Shown one piece after another: positions 1-9,808 of a DNA stretch of 64,000 bases; position 1 is the first letter of the stretch, and every line of letters begins with the position of its first letter. The translations under genes and the position numbers were made by a program. The notes under the pieces are model-generated. The model did no database searches. It worked only from the letters and a program-made list of their open reading frames with translations, and was not told the origin of the DNA. This DNA is from an uncultured candidate division Zixibacteria bacterium (GTDB taxonomy: Bacteria > Zixibacteria > MSB-5A5 > GN15 > PGXB01), in contig OY969724.1 of assembly GCA_963702205.1 (NCBI GenBank), positions 1,920,001-1,984,000 on the forward strand. Direction: 5' to 3'.

Positions 1-610
1 CGACCCGGTCATGAATTTCCTGTTCCGGTACCTGGCTCCGTTTATCCTTCTCGCTATTTTTCCGGCTCTGGTTGTTTCGAGTGAGTTTAAGAAGAAATCG
101 TACCAGGTCCTGGGCCTGGCCGTTATAATTCTGTCGTTGATAAGCCCCGTCAAAAAGATATTCAGGCACATCGACATTGAAAGTGAAATTATCAGCGCGC
201 AGGAAAAACTTATTGACTGGGCCAACCGGCTGCCCGGGACATACAGCATCTCCCTGACCGATATCGGGCGGATTCCGTATTACACGAAACAGCACTATAT
301 CGATATATGGGGTCTGGCCAGCGCGAATATCCGTAAGAGGGGCTTCAACCCGCTCGACGAATTTCTGAAATTCCCCGATTATTTCGTGTTTGTCGGTTAT
401 ATGCAAAACAGAGACCTGGTTAAATTACGCTTTGGGCGCGAAAATCTCATTGCCAATATTCAGGATATGCCGAAAATTTATCCATTGATCGGCTGGGCCT
501 CACCCGATAGTCTGCCGATCGACAGCTTTGGCTATCATTATTTAATTTTGAAAAAAGACCAGGCGGTTCTCGATTCGATTGTCGCAAATAGTGCTAAAAT
601 TAAAAAGTAA
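1..610 (+). CDS. 5'-truncated membrane protein, probable GT-C superfamily glycosyltransferase C-terminal part
   Basis: Frame is open from the window edge through ATG 11 to stop 610. Hydrophobic helices are followed by DIGRIPYY...IDIWGL, a pattern seen in the periplasmic part of GT-C-like proteins. Confidence 0.5.
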   Translation, partial: DPVMNFLFRYLAPFILLAIFPALVVSSEFKKKSYQVLGLAVIILSLISPVKKIFRHIDIESEIISAQEKLIDWANRLPGTYSISLTDIGRIPYYTKQHYIDIWGLASANIRKRGFNPLDEFLKFPDYFVFVGYMQNRDLVKLRFGRENLIANIQDMPKIYPLIGWASPDSLPIDSFGYHYLILKKDQAVLDSIVANSAKIKK

Positions 611-628
611 AAGGGCGTATAACGGTAT

Positions 629-1261
629 ATGGAAAACGAACAAAACAAATGTCCCGGATGCGGCGGAGCGCTGAATCCCGGCGATAAGTATTGTCGCGGT
701 TGCGGCTATTCGATAGAAAAGACCGACGTCCGGACCCTGCCTTTTCAGGCCCTGTCGTTGATGTTTATCGCGGTGACGGCCCTGTTTGGATTTATAGTTT
801 ATTCAGTGGTGACGGCCAAGCCGGAACCGCAGTTTGTCCACCCGCAGGTCGAGGGGATGGATCCGTCGGCCATGGCCGGGCTTCAGGAATTTATCAAGAC
901 CCTCCCGACCGACTATGCCGGTCTGGTGGCCCAGGGTAATACCAATATGGATCATGGTCAGTATGCCGAAGCCGTCGTCTGCTACGATCGCGCGCTCGCC
1001 TTGCAGGATTCCAGCGCCGACGTCTATACCGATCTCGGTGCTTGTTACCACGCGCTCGGTGAAATCGATTCGGCTCTGGTTCAGTTCGAGCAGGCCCTGA
1101 GAATTAACCCCAATCACGCGGTGGCCCATTTCAATATCGGCGTCGTTTATCACGCCCTCGGCGATACGGCCAGGACCCGGCAGTACTGGGACCGTTATCT
1201 GGAACTGGAGCCTGATTCTCCTATCGCCGATACATTGAGAGCGATCCTCAAAGCTTTTTAG
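629..1261 (+). CDS. Zinc-ribbon, single TM, TPR repeat protein
   Basis: N-terminal CPGC...YCRGCG, one hydrophobic helix, then 3-4 TPR motifs. Confidence 0.8.
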   Translation: MENEQNKCPGCGGALNPGDKYCRGCGYSIEKTDVRTLPFQALSLMFIAVTALFGFIVYSVVTAKPEPQFVHPQVEGMDPSAMAGLQEFIKTLPTDYAGLVAQGNTNMDHGQYAEAVVCYDRALALQDSSADVYTDLGACYHALGEIDSALVQFEQALRINPNHAVAHFNIGVVYHALGDTARTRQYWDRYLELEPDSPIADTLRAILKAF

Positions 1262-1356
1262 ACCCGATTATTTTTATTGTTTACTTGCCTGATTCGGGCG
1301 TATGGGATAATTTTGTCATTGGAGACAAAATAAATTCCCAAATTTGAGGAGGCGTT

Positions 1357-2076
1357 CTGAATCAGACCCGGGCTCACAGAGAACCTGTCGAAAGTGTTCT
1401 CGATTTCTTATATCCTCCCTATTGTCTGGTTTGTGGCGACGCGGCCGACGGCTGGAATAAACTGCTGTGCCGGACCTGCATAAACAAAGCCGCCCGGTTC
1501 GACCAGCCGCTGTGCTTTGTTTGTCGCCAGGGTCTCGATAATTACGCCCGCTGTTCATTTTGTGAGACCGAAAATCCCCTGCCGTTGTTTGTCCTCGGGG
1601 AATATGAACGGCCTCTCATGGATATAATTCACCGCTTCAAATACGATGGCTTCGAACGCCTGAGGGCTTTTTTCGGCGATAAACTTTGTGACCTGTATGA
1701 AAAGTCGTTAGACGACCTCAAAATCGATCTGCTGGTTCCGGTCCCGTTGGGCAGTATCCGGAAAAAGTTAAGAGGGTTCAATCAGGCCGAGGTTTTGTCC
1801 GATACTATTAGCAGGCGCCTGGGTATCGGATCGGCCGTGGATGGGGTAAAAAAAGCCCGAAAAACCAAAGATCAAACGCGCCTGGATCCGGCCCAGCGCC
1901 TTTTGAATATGCAAGGCGCTTTTATGGCGGGAACCGGGGTTTTAAACGGCAAGAGGATTGCCCTGATCGACGACGTCGTCACCACTGGGGCGACCATAAA
2001 TGAACTCAGCCGTGTAATAGAAAGTGTCGGCGGGCAGGTGGTTTGTGCCATCGCCGCCGCATCCTCTCATGACTGA
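1357..2076 (+). CDS. comF: ComF family protein (double zinc ribbon + phosphoribosyltransferase domain), probable CTG start
   Basis: ORF-track 1585..2076 has RGFNQA and IDDVVTTGAT. The same frame extends upstream as LDFLYPPYCLVC..CRTC..CFVC..CSFC to an in-frame TGA at 1345. GAGGAGG (1346-1352) precedes CTG 1357. Confidence 0.85.
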   Translation: MNQTRAHREPVESVLDFLYPPYCLVCGDAADGWNKLLCRTCINKAARFDQPLCFVCRQGLDNYARCSFCETENPLPLFVLGEYERPLMDIIHRFKYDGFERLRAFFGDKLCDLYEKSLDDLKIDLLVPVPLGSIRKKLRGFNQAEVLSDTISRRLGIGSAVDGVKKARKTKDQTRLDPAQRLLNMQGAFMAGTGVLNGKRIALIDDVVTTGATINELSRVIESVGGQVVCAIAAASSHD

Positions 2077-2077
2077 T

Positions 2078-2995
2078 ATGACAGTGACCACACAAAACGG
2101 ATTCGACCGGGCTGTCGACGACTACCGGCAGTACCTGGAGCTGGAAAAAGGGCTGTCCGAAAATACGTTGAACGCCTATGTCCGGGATATTGTCGAGTTC
2201 AGGAAGCTTTTTTCGATGAAAGACAACCTGTCTGTCAGCCATCGGGTCATTACCGATTACCTGTCCAAGCTGAACAATCGCAACCGCCGCCCGGCTTCTA
2301 TCGCCCGCAAAATTTCAGCCCTGCGTAATTTCTACCGTTATCTGTCGGAGAACGGCCTTGTCGAAAGCAATCCTTTCGAGTTTGCCCGTGTTCCCAAAAT
2401 ATCGAGGTATCATCCCGATTATCTTTCCGTCAGCGAAATAGAAAAAATCCTGAACCAGCCCGATACAAGTAAGCCGTCGGGTATTCGTGACCAGGCCATG
2501 CTGGAACTCTTGTACGGCACCGGGATGCGCATTTCGGAGCTTCTGAATCTCCCGCTGACCTCTGTCTATGACGAAATCGGTTTTATTAAAGTGACTGGGA
2601 AGGGCAACAAAGAGAGGCTGGTGCCGTTCGGGCAATACGCCCGGCGCGCGGTCGAAAAATATCTTACCGAAGTCCGCGAACCGCTCAAAAAAGTCAGCCG
2701 GAGCGACATATTGTTTCTGTCGCGTTTCGGGCGGCCATTTTCACGGGTCGGGATCTGGAAAATTATCAAAAAGTACGCCCTCAAAGCCGGAATGGTCAAA
2801 AAAGTCACGCCCCACACTTTTCGCCACAGTTTCGCCACCCACCTGATCGAGGGTGGCGCCGACCTCCGCACCGTGCAGGAACTGCTCGGCCATTCCAGTA
2901 TTACGACCACGCAGATTTACACTCAGGTTGACCGTGAATATCTGTTGTCGGTGCATCGTGATTTCCACCCCCGCGAACGGAACGCGAAAGGCTGA
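2078..2995 (+). CDS. xerD: Site-specific tyrosine recombinase XerD
   Basis: EKGLSENTLNAYVRD, LYGTGMRISEL, GKGNKERLVP, TPHTFRHSFATHL, LLGHS..TTQIY; all catalytic residues present. Confidence 0.9.
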   Translation: MTVTTQNGFDRAVDDYRQYLELEKGLSENTLNAYVRDIVEFRKLFSMKDNLSVSHRVITDYLSKLNNRNRRPASIARKISALRNFYRYLSENGLVESNPFEFARVPKISRYHPDYLSVSEIEKILNQPDTSKPSGIRDQAMLELLYGTGMRISELLNLPLTSVYDEIGFIKVTGKGNKERLVPFGQYARRAVEKYLTEVREPLKKVSRSDILFLSRFGRPFSRVGIWKIIKKYALKAGMVKKVTPHTFRHSFATHLIEGGADLRTVQELLGHSSITTTQIYTQVDREYLLSVHRDFHPRERNAKG

Positions 2996-3002
2996 TCCGA
3001 TT

Positions 3003-3929
3003 ATGTTCCACTGTGCCATCAGACAGGAAGGAATCGATATCGTCTACAACGTGACGCGCTCGTTCGAAGACGAAAACATCTCCATACACTATTTCCGGAC
3101 GATTGCTGAACTGCTGAGATTATCCCAGCGTTTTCACCTTGACATGATATTTATCGCGGGGAAAGGCAATTTCTCCACCGAGCTGGAACTATCGCGAAGG
3201 ATCAAAAGCCATATCTTCCTTGCCGTCATTCCGGCCATACTGTACCACCCTCAACCAGATGAAAGCACCATGATTTCAGGCTTCGAGAACGGCTGCGATG
3301 AATTCCTGACGGGGCCGTGGAAAGACCGGCTGTTTGAAGTTAAGCTCAAAGCCGTTGCCGAAAGAAGCGTCCGTGATATATCGTTCAACCCCTCGACCCG
3401 CCTGCCCGGCCCCGGCCTCATCGAAAAAGAGATCGACCGCCTGTTGAAGCTCGAAGCCGATTTCGCCATCTGCTATTCCGACATCGACGAGTTCAAGGCC
3501 TATAACGACTATTACGGCTATTATTACGGCGACCGGGTCATAAAGTTGACGGCTCGGATCATTCGCGACGCCGTGTTCGACATCTGCCCCGAGGGTTTTG
3601 TCGGACATATCGGCGGCGACGATTTTATTTCGATTATCCCGACCGGACAGATCAGTCCCGTCTGCGAAAACGTCATCAAGGTTTTCGATTCACTGGTACA
3701 GTATCGTTACGCCGATGAAGACCGTCGCCGGGGGACGATTACCACCCGCAATCGTAAAGGTGTAATCGAGACATTTAATTTGCTCACCATCTCGACCGCC
3801 GTGCTGGTCAATCGCAAAGATACCTTCAAACACGTTGGGGAGATGGCCCACATGCTGGCCGACCTGAAGAAATATTCGAAATCTCTCAAGGGTTCGAATT
3901 TCGTCGTCGAACGACGCAAGAAGTACTGA
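3003..3929 (+). CDS. Diguanylate cyclase with degenerate receiver domain
   Basis: DIDEFKAYNDYYG..GD and GHIGGDDF motifs; the N-terminal REC-like domain lacks the phospho-acceptor Asp. Confidence 0.85.
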   Translation: MFHCAIRQEGIDIVYNVTRSFEDENISIHYFRTIAELLRLSQRFHLDMIFIAGKGNFSTELELSRRIKSHIFLAVIPAILYHPQPDESTMISGFENGCDEFLTGPWKDRLFEVKLKAVAERSVRDISFNPSTRLPGPGLIEKEIDRLLKLEADFAICYSDIDEFKAYNDYYGYYYGDRVIKLTARIIRDAVFDICPEGFVGHIGGDDFISIIPTGQISPVCENVIKVFDSLVQYRYADEDRRRGTITTRNRKGVIETFNLLTISTAVLVNRKDTFKHVGEMAHMLADLKKYSKSLKGSNFVVERRKKY

Positions 3930-3932
3930 TCG

Positions 3933-6068
3933 TTATTGACCCGGGCTGTTTAATAAATTTCGTGCCGGAGCCAGCGACGGGTCCAGTTGAAGGGCCTTTT
4001 GTGCGTAACGACGAACCGAATCGGCCGGATAGCCAAATCTCTGAAACGTCGCCGCCAGGTTGAAATAGACCCGTGCGAAATTGCTGTCGGCTGCAATGGC
4101 GCTACGGTACATTTTTATCGCGGGATCAGCCTGACCCGTGGCGTAGTAGATATTGCCCCAGTTGGTGTAATCCACCGCCGAAAGTTCTCCCATGGATGCC
4201 GCTTTTTCGAACATAGCCTCAGCCCTGGGGTATTCCTGCTGACGGGCATAGAGCGCTCCGAGCTTGGAGAGGGCTTCGTTTTTGGTCGAGTCGACTACCC
4301 ACGCCTGCCGGTAAGCCACTTCGGCCCGGAGATAATCCTGCCGTTCCAGGTACACGTCGCCGAGATTCAAATGCGTCTGGTACAAATCCGGATTTTTACC
4401 GAGCGCCCGCTGGTAAAACTTCTCGGCGTTTTCCAGATCGCCCTTGCTTTCGTGCACCAGACCGATATTGTTGTAGGCGTCCGCAAAGTCGGGGTCGTAT
4501 TGTAACGCCTTGTGAAAATTGGACAGCGCTTCGTTCAACTTTCCGAGTCGGTACTGCACGAAACCGAGATTGTTGAGCGTAATCGGCGAGGCCGGATCGC
4601 TATCGAGAGCGTTGATGTACTCCTGTTCGGCCATTTTCAGGTCGCCCCGGTGATCGTACGTCAGCGCCAGGTTGAAATGAATCTGGGTGGTATTTTCAAA
4701 CCCGACTTCGAAGTACGTCCGGTTGCACAGGATCAGGGCGACGATCAATAGGCCGCCGTAAATGAGCAGCCTTCTGCGATCATTCCTTTTGAAAAATTCA
4801 ATAAGTGCCAATATTCCGGCCGACGCGAACAAAATAAGAAAAGGTACGACCGGCAGACGGTGCCGCGCCGTCACCAGAAACAGCACGACTGTCGGCATGT
4901 ATCCGATTATGAAGATATATAAAAGTGCCAGTTTCCGGCGGTTGTTCCATGCCTGCACCATGCCGACCAGAGCCAGCGGGATAAGAAGCCCGAACGGAAA
5001 GTAGATGATAAAATGCCAGAGCAGGAGTCCGTACATCCACGAATACGCGCGACTGAAATAGATGTCGGTCTGGTCCGAATTTTCGAACCCGATCAAAAAA
5101 TAGACGGTTTTCCTGAGCGTGATTCGGATAAACTTGCCCGGATTGGACCGAATGAAATCGACCGCCTTTTTGGTCCAGAACGATGATTCCTCGGAATCGG
5201 TCAGGGGTCGTCCGGCCTCGCGCTCGGCGGTCTGTCGGGTTGCCGACGTGAATTCGGTCCAGGGAAGAGATTCATCGAGCCTGACCTCCGGCATCAGCAT
5301 GGTTAGTCCATCGGTGTCCGGGTTGTTTCCGATATATAAATTCACCCCGCCCTGCGAAGAAATTAAAATCGTCTCACCGGTGACGACATAATTGCGCACC
5401 GTCACCGATAGTACAGGAATCAATACCCCGGCAAGATAGATCAGTGCCTTAAAGGCCGCCGCTTTGGAGCGCGGCCGGGAAGCCGCGAAGTATATCCACA
5501 CCATAAAGGCGGGCACCAGCAGCAGGACGTTGGGACGGGCGATAGCGGCCAGTCCCAGCACGAACCCGGCGACCAGCCAGTGCCGGAGTTTTTCGCTTTC
5601 TTTGTACAGGATCATCAGGTATACGGCGACCAGGTTTAAAAAGATAAACAGGACCGGAATCAAAAACATCGCTTCATAGAAAATCATTGTACCGTAGGCC
5701 GCCAGCGCAAACCCCGCCCGAACGGCGACTTTACGAGAGAACAGCTTCTGGCCGATTTTGAAAATCATCACCGCCGACCCGGCCCCGAGCAGCATCTGCA
5801 ACAGCCTCGTCCAGAACAGGTGGCTGCCGGTTATTTTCAGCAGTAAGGCCAGGAAGTACGGATACAGCGGTCCGCGAAAATAGACGGTGCTCCCCCAGAA
5901 ATTCCCGCCGAGGATTTCTTTGGCCCAGTTAAGATGCCAGAGTTCATCGACCATCGGAAAATAAAAGGCCGGATTGGAGCGGGACTGAATCAGATAGACC
6001 AGCCGTATAAAGAAGGCCGCCAGGAAAATCACCAGCGGCCATTTATGACGCTTAATAAAATCTTTCAT
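3933..6068 (-). CDS. GT39/ArnT-PMT-like glycosyltransferase with C-terminal TPR repeats
   Basis: Multi-TM N-terminus with DE motif, PLYPYFLA, ARPN and RHRLPV, followed by ~7 TPRs. Confidence 0.85.
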   Translation of the reverse strand: MKDFIKRHKWPLVIFLAAFFIRLVYLIQSRSNPAFYFPMVDELWHLNWAKEILGGNFWGSTVYFRGPLYPYFLALLLKITGSHLFWTRLLQMLLGAGSAVMIFKIGQKLFSRKVAVRAGFALAAYGTMIFYEAMFLIPVLFIFLNLVAVYLMILYKESEKLRHWLVAGFVLGLAAIARPNVLLLVPAFMVWIYFAASRPRSKAAAFKALIYLAGVLIPVLSVTVRNYVVTGETILISSQGGVNLYIGNNPDTDGLTMLMPEVRLDESLPWTEFTSATRQTAEREAGRPLTDSEESSFWTKKAVDFIRSNPGKFIRITLRKTVYFLIGFENSDQTDIYFSRAYSWMYGLLLWHFIIYFPFGLLIPLALVGMVQAWNNRRKLALLYIFIIGYMPTVVLFLVTARHRLPVVPFLILFASAGILALIEFFKRNDRRRLLIYGGLLIVALILCNRTYFEVGFENTTQIHFNLALTYDHRGDLKMAEQEYINALDSDPASPITLNNLGFVQYRLGKLNEALSNFHKALQYDPDFADAYNNIGLVHESKGDLENAEKFYQRALGKNPDLYQTHLNLGDVYLERQDYLRAEVAYRQAWVVDSTKNEALSKLGALYARQQEYPRAEAMFEKAASMGELSAVDYTNWGNIYYATGQADPAIKMYRSAIAADSNFARVYFNLAATFQRFGYPADSVRRYAQKALQLDPSLAPARNLLNSPGQ

Positions 6069-6074
6069 GCACTA

Positions 6075-8069
6075 TCAGCCGTCGCTTTTGCCGGTCCCCC
6101 TGGCAAAGAAGTACATCATTACGGCCAGCCCGAATATGGTTAACAATGATAAATACGGGCCAAAAGCTCCGGTCAGCGACTCGTTCATGCCTTCATGGGC
6201 CTCGAAAAAGGCCCGGTACGACCCGTCGCCGAATTTATCCGAGCCATATATGGCGAAAGCCGTAAACACTCCCACCAAAGCATCGCCCGCGACAATTCCC
6301 GAGGCGAACAATAACCCTATCTGCTCCCGGGCCTTTTTAACGATTCCGGTCCCCTTCGATTTATTCACCAGCAGGGCGACCAGGCCGCCCAGCATAATCG
6401 GTGTCGAAAGCGACAGGGGAAGGTACAGCCCGATTGCGAACGGCAGGGATTGTATTCCCAAAAGTTCCACCGCGACCGCGATCATCCCGCCGACAATTAT
6501 CGGTGTCCACGGGATGTTGGCGTTCATGACGCCCTGCACGACCGTGGCCATAACGTTTGCCTGCGGCGCCAGTACGGGGTTGGGATGCTGCGCCGATTGC
6601 ACGAAACCGAACGTTTCACCGAGAATATAGAGCGTAAAACCCATCGCTATGGCAGGGAAAAACAGCCCGACAAATTCCATGATCTGCATTTTCTTGGGCG
6701 TCCCGCCCAGCAGATAGCCGGTCTTGAGGTCCTGGGCAATGTCGCCGGACAAACACACCGCGATACAAACGACGGCACCGACCGACATGGCCGTCACCAT
6801 GCCTTTGGTGCCGCTGACACCGAATGCCAAAAGGATCAGGCAGGTTACCAAAAGCGTCGCGATGGTCATTCCTGATACGGGCGACGACGACGAACCGACA
6901 ATTCCGACAATCCGCGCTGCGACCACGACAAAGAAAAACCCGAACAGCACCGCCAATAAAGCACCGAGAATATGAAGATCGGTGCCGGGCAAAGCCCAGA
7001 TGGCGACCGTAATTAGAAGGGTTCCGATAAGTACCGCCGACATTGGCAAATCCCTGTCGGTTCGCGGTACTTTGTCATCGGAGACCTTGCCTTTGAAAAT
7101 TTCTCTGGCCCCGGCCGCAAAAGAGTGCACTATGACCGGGATCGACTTGGCCAGCGATACGAAGCCACCGACCGCGACCGCCCCAACTCCGAGATATTTT
7201 ATGAAGAAATTACGTAATTGTCCCGGGTCCATGTCACTCAAGGGGATTGTCCCGGGGGCGATGACGACACCGTGAATCTGCTGGCCGATAAACGACAGCA
7301 GGGGAGCAATGCCCAGATACCCCAAAACCGCGCCGGCCAGCATAAGGGCCGCAATACGGGGACCGATTATATATCCGACGCCGACCAGAACGGGGGTGGC
7401 GTCCATGCCGATCGTTCCGCCCTTAATTACTTTCTTGAAATCGTACGTCGGCGATTCTGACCATAAACGCGACGCATAATAGAGTATTTTGTAAAACGCC
7501 CCGATAAATATGCCCAGGAAAACCATTTTGGCCTTCCGGCCGCCCTCGTCACCGGCGATAATAATCTCGGCGCAGGCGGTGCCTTCGGGGAATTTCAGTT
7601 TACCGTGTTCTTTTTCAACGAGATACTTGCGCAGGGGAATCATCAACAGTATCCCCAGCCCGCCGCCGAGTATGGACAACCAGAATATCTGCCATTTGGT
7701 AACGGTATGTTCGTATCCCTGGGCCGCCAGTTGGGCATTGGCCGCCCAAATAAAAAACGCCGGGAAAGTGAAAATTATTCCGGCTGCCAGAGATTCTCCG
7801 GCCGACCCGATCGTCTGGACAATGTTGTTTTCCAGGACGGTTACTTTCTTGAACATAGCCCGCAAAACCGCCATCGAAATCACCGCCGCCGGCAGCGAGG
7901 CCGAGACGGTCATACCGTATTTGACGCCGATATAGGCATTCGCGACACCGAATACGACCGAGAGAATTGATCCGAGCACGACGGCTTTGATCGTAACTTC
8001 TGCGATTGTTTCGGAAGCCGGAATATACGGCTTAAAAGGTGGTGTGTCGTTTTCGTTGGTGTTCGCCAC
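6075..8069 (-). CDS. OPT family oligopeptide transporter
   Basis: ANAYIGVKYG, ENNIVQTIGSAGES, FPEGTACAE, SPVSGM, QDLKTG, APQA motifs. Confidence 0.95.
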   Translation of the reverse strand: MANTNENDTPPFKPYIPASETIAEVTIKAVVLGSILSVVFGVANAYIGVKYGMTVSASLPAAVISMAVLRAMFKKVTVLENNIVQTIGSAGESLAAGIIFTFPAFFIWAANAQLAAQGYEHTVTKWQIFWLSILGGGLGILLMIPLRKYLVEKEHGKLKFPEGTACAEIIIAGDEGGRKAKMVFLGIFIGAFYKILYYASRLWSESPTYDFKKVIKGGTIGMDATPVLVGVGYIIGPRIAALMLAGAVLGYLGIAPLLSFIGQQIHGVVIAPGTIPLSDMDPGQLRNFFIKYLGVGAVAVGGFVSLAKSIPVIVHSFAAGAREIFKGKVSDDKVPRTDRDLPMSAVLIGTLLITVAIWALPGTDLHILGALLAVLFGFFFVVVAARIVGIVGSSSSPVSGMTIATLLVTCLILLAFGVSGTKGMVTAMSVGAVVCIAVCLSGDIAQDLKTGYLLGGTPKKMQIMEFVGLFFPAIAMGFTLYILGETFGFVQSAQHPNPVLAPQANVMATVVQGVMNANIPWTPIIVGGMIAVAVELLGIQSLPFAIGLYLPLSLSTPIMLGGLVALLVNKSKGTGIVKKAREQIGLLFASGIVAGDALVGVFTAFAIYGSDKFGDGSYRAFFEAHEGMNESLTGAFGPYLSLLTIFGLAVMMYFFARGTGKSDG

Positions 8070-8401
8070 TATTCTCTCCCGACAAGATTTTGTGAAGATT
8101 GCATTAAGCTAAACTATTTTCTTGACTTGATACTGTCAAGACAAATATAATTTCGTATCAAGTGATATGAAGGAAATAAATTCCACGGGGTTGGAGAATT
8201 AATCGCTAAGGAATTAGATTAAACTGGAACTATTATATTATGACGGTTTATAAATACCAAATGGAGGTAAACACTTTCGTGAGGCCCATTACTTTAAACT
8301 GTCAACAATGCCGAAACCTGACCAGGGTCGTGAGGGTCGTTTAATGACGACAAGTCGAGAACAAATGGGCGGCGCAATTGTTAAATAATAGGAAATAGGA
8401 C

Positions 8402-8430
8402 TTGACAGATAATTTGATGGCACGTATTAT
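8402..8430 (+). promoter_or_regulatory. Sigma70-type promoter
   Basis: TTGACA-N17-TATTAT upstream of the CDS at 8591. Confidence 0.6.
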
Positions 8431-8590
8431 TAATATAGATGAAAATCCTCACCATTCCCACTGCCATATTGCGTTTAGAAGAGTATAAAAATCGTATTGC
8501 GGAATAGGAAACATCTGCCGAGTTACATGGAACGTGAGTCCTGAGGCAGAAAAAGGATTAACCAATAACCCTTAACGGGGGTGAGTGCTA

Positions 8591-9394
8591 ATGAGAAAAT
8601 TGAGCATCATCGCAGTCGGACTGATGTTTCTCCTGTCATCGGCGTTTGCGGCGGAGATTAGCAAACTGGCGATAGGCGAAACGGACGTCCAGAATGATAA
8701 TGTGGTCATTCCAATCATGCTAGACAACACAACTGCGATGGCCGGCATGGAATTGCCATTGGAGTACTCGGCGGGGGCCGTTCTTGACGAGGTGACATTT
8801 GAAGGCACCCGTTCGGAAGGCTTCGATCTCAAGGTGGCGAAAATTGACGCTGAAAACCATCAGGTAGTAATTGCTTTGATACCTATGGTTTACGGCGTAA
8901 ATCACCAGCTTGAAGCCGGGTCGGGCGTTATCGCCAACATGCATTTCACCGTGACGGATCCGGAATTGACGGAATTGGAAGTCAAACCGGTCGATGATAT
9001 GCCCAACCACTCCTTGATGTTTGTCCAATCAACCGGTTCGGAATTGATTGCTTCGAAGCCGGAATTCCAGGGCGTCAAGGTCGAACTGTCAAGTTCGGAA
9101 CCGACTGTCCCGCTGACTTTCGCGCTTCATCAGAACTTCCCGAATCCGTTTAACCCGAGCACGACGCTCAGTTACGATTTGGATGCGGCAAGCCATGTGA
9201 GTCTGGATGTTTTCAACGTCCTCGGTCAGAATGTTGCGACCCTGGTCGATGAATTTCAGCAGGCCGGCCCTCATGCAGTTGAATGGAACGGAAATGACGA
9301 TAGCGGTGCACCAGTAGCCACCGGTGTCTATTTCTATCGCATTAACGCCGGAGACAACAAAGTCGAAACCAAGAAGATGATGTTGCTGAAGTAA
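8591..9394 (+). CDS. Secreted cohesin-like domain protein with FlgD-Ig/T9SS-like C-terminal sorting domain
   Basis: Signal peptide; cohesin-like pattern (VVIPIMLDN..AGMELPLEY..GSGVIANMHFTV); C-terminal QNFPNPFNPST..FNVLGQ..WNG..TGVYFYRI..KKMMLLK. Confidence 0.8.
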   Translation: MRKLSIIAVGLMFLLSSAFAAEISKLAIGETDVQNDNVVIPIMLDNTTAMAGMELPLEYSAGAVLDEVTFEGTRSEGFDLKVAKIDAENHQVVIALIPMVYGVNHQLEAGSGVIANMHFTVTDPELTELEVKPVDDMPNHSLMFVQSTGSELIASKPEFQGVKVELSSSEPTVPLTFALHQNFPNPFNPSTTLSYDLDAASHVSLDVFNVLGQNVATLVDEFQQAGPHAVEWNGNDDSGAPVATGVYFYRINAGDNKVETKKMMLLK

Positions 9395-9427
9395 TTGTAA
9401 AAGTTTATACCCTATAGGCAAGTGAGG

Positions 9428-9461
9428 ACCCCTCCATTACGAAATGGAGGGGTTTCTTTTT
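9428..9461 (+). terminator. Rho-independent terminator
   Basis: ACCCCTCCATT-acga-AATGGAGGGGT followed by a T-rich tract, just after stop 9394. Confidence 0.85.
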
Positions 9462-9664
9462 GCGGCAGTTTCTGCGAATACTTAACTTGTTGATATTTTA
9501 TGATTTATTAGTCTATTGAAGTGTGAGTCATCCACAATCGCCGCAGTCTCTGCGTTTTTCTCGACTGTTTCTAAATTTTATTTTTCACCTATATTCTCTA
9601 AGCGCATTGATAACAATGTCTTATGCTGAGCGCCATAATTGCGGCATGGCGTTTGTATATAATA

Positions 9665-9808
9665 TACTTCGGTCAGCTAAAGGCAATGCTAACAGGAAGG
9701 ACCTGTGCCTGCCAAATACGTCGTGAAGAGCAACTTGTGGTAGAGTTACTCGGTTACATTGACTGAGGTAAGATGGGTTCCCGAACGGATCTCGGGAACC
9801 CGTTTTTT
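9665..9808 (+). ncRNA. Candidate structured small RNA (family not recognised)
   Basis: Promoter-like elements at 9643-9663; closing stem 9665-9676/9759-9770; two internal hairpins; own terminator 9775-9808; no credible ORF. Confidence 0.55.
9775..9808 (+). terminator. Rho-independent terminator (U-tract on + strand)
   Basis: GGGTTCCCGA-acggatc-TCGGGAACCC-g-TTTTTT. Confidence 0.85.

Noticed and set aside
8418..8433. Sigma54 promoter (TGGCACG)
   Set aside because: The -12 element reads ATTA rather than TTGC; the site is better explained as the spacer of a sigma70 promoter.
9523..9726. 67-aa ORF in the ORF track
   Set aside because: No RBS or protein-like features, and it overlaps promoter-like elements; the region is better explained as non-coding.
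9665..9770. SRP RNA, 6S RNA, c-di-GMP-I riboswitch or hammerhead identity for the sRNA candidate
   Set aside because: Only superficial words match (GGAAGGA, AAAGGCAA); the diagnostic cores and lengths do not.
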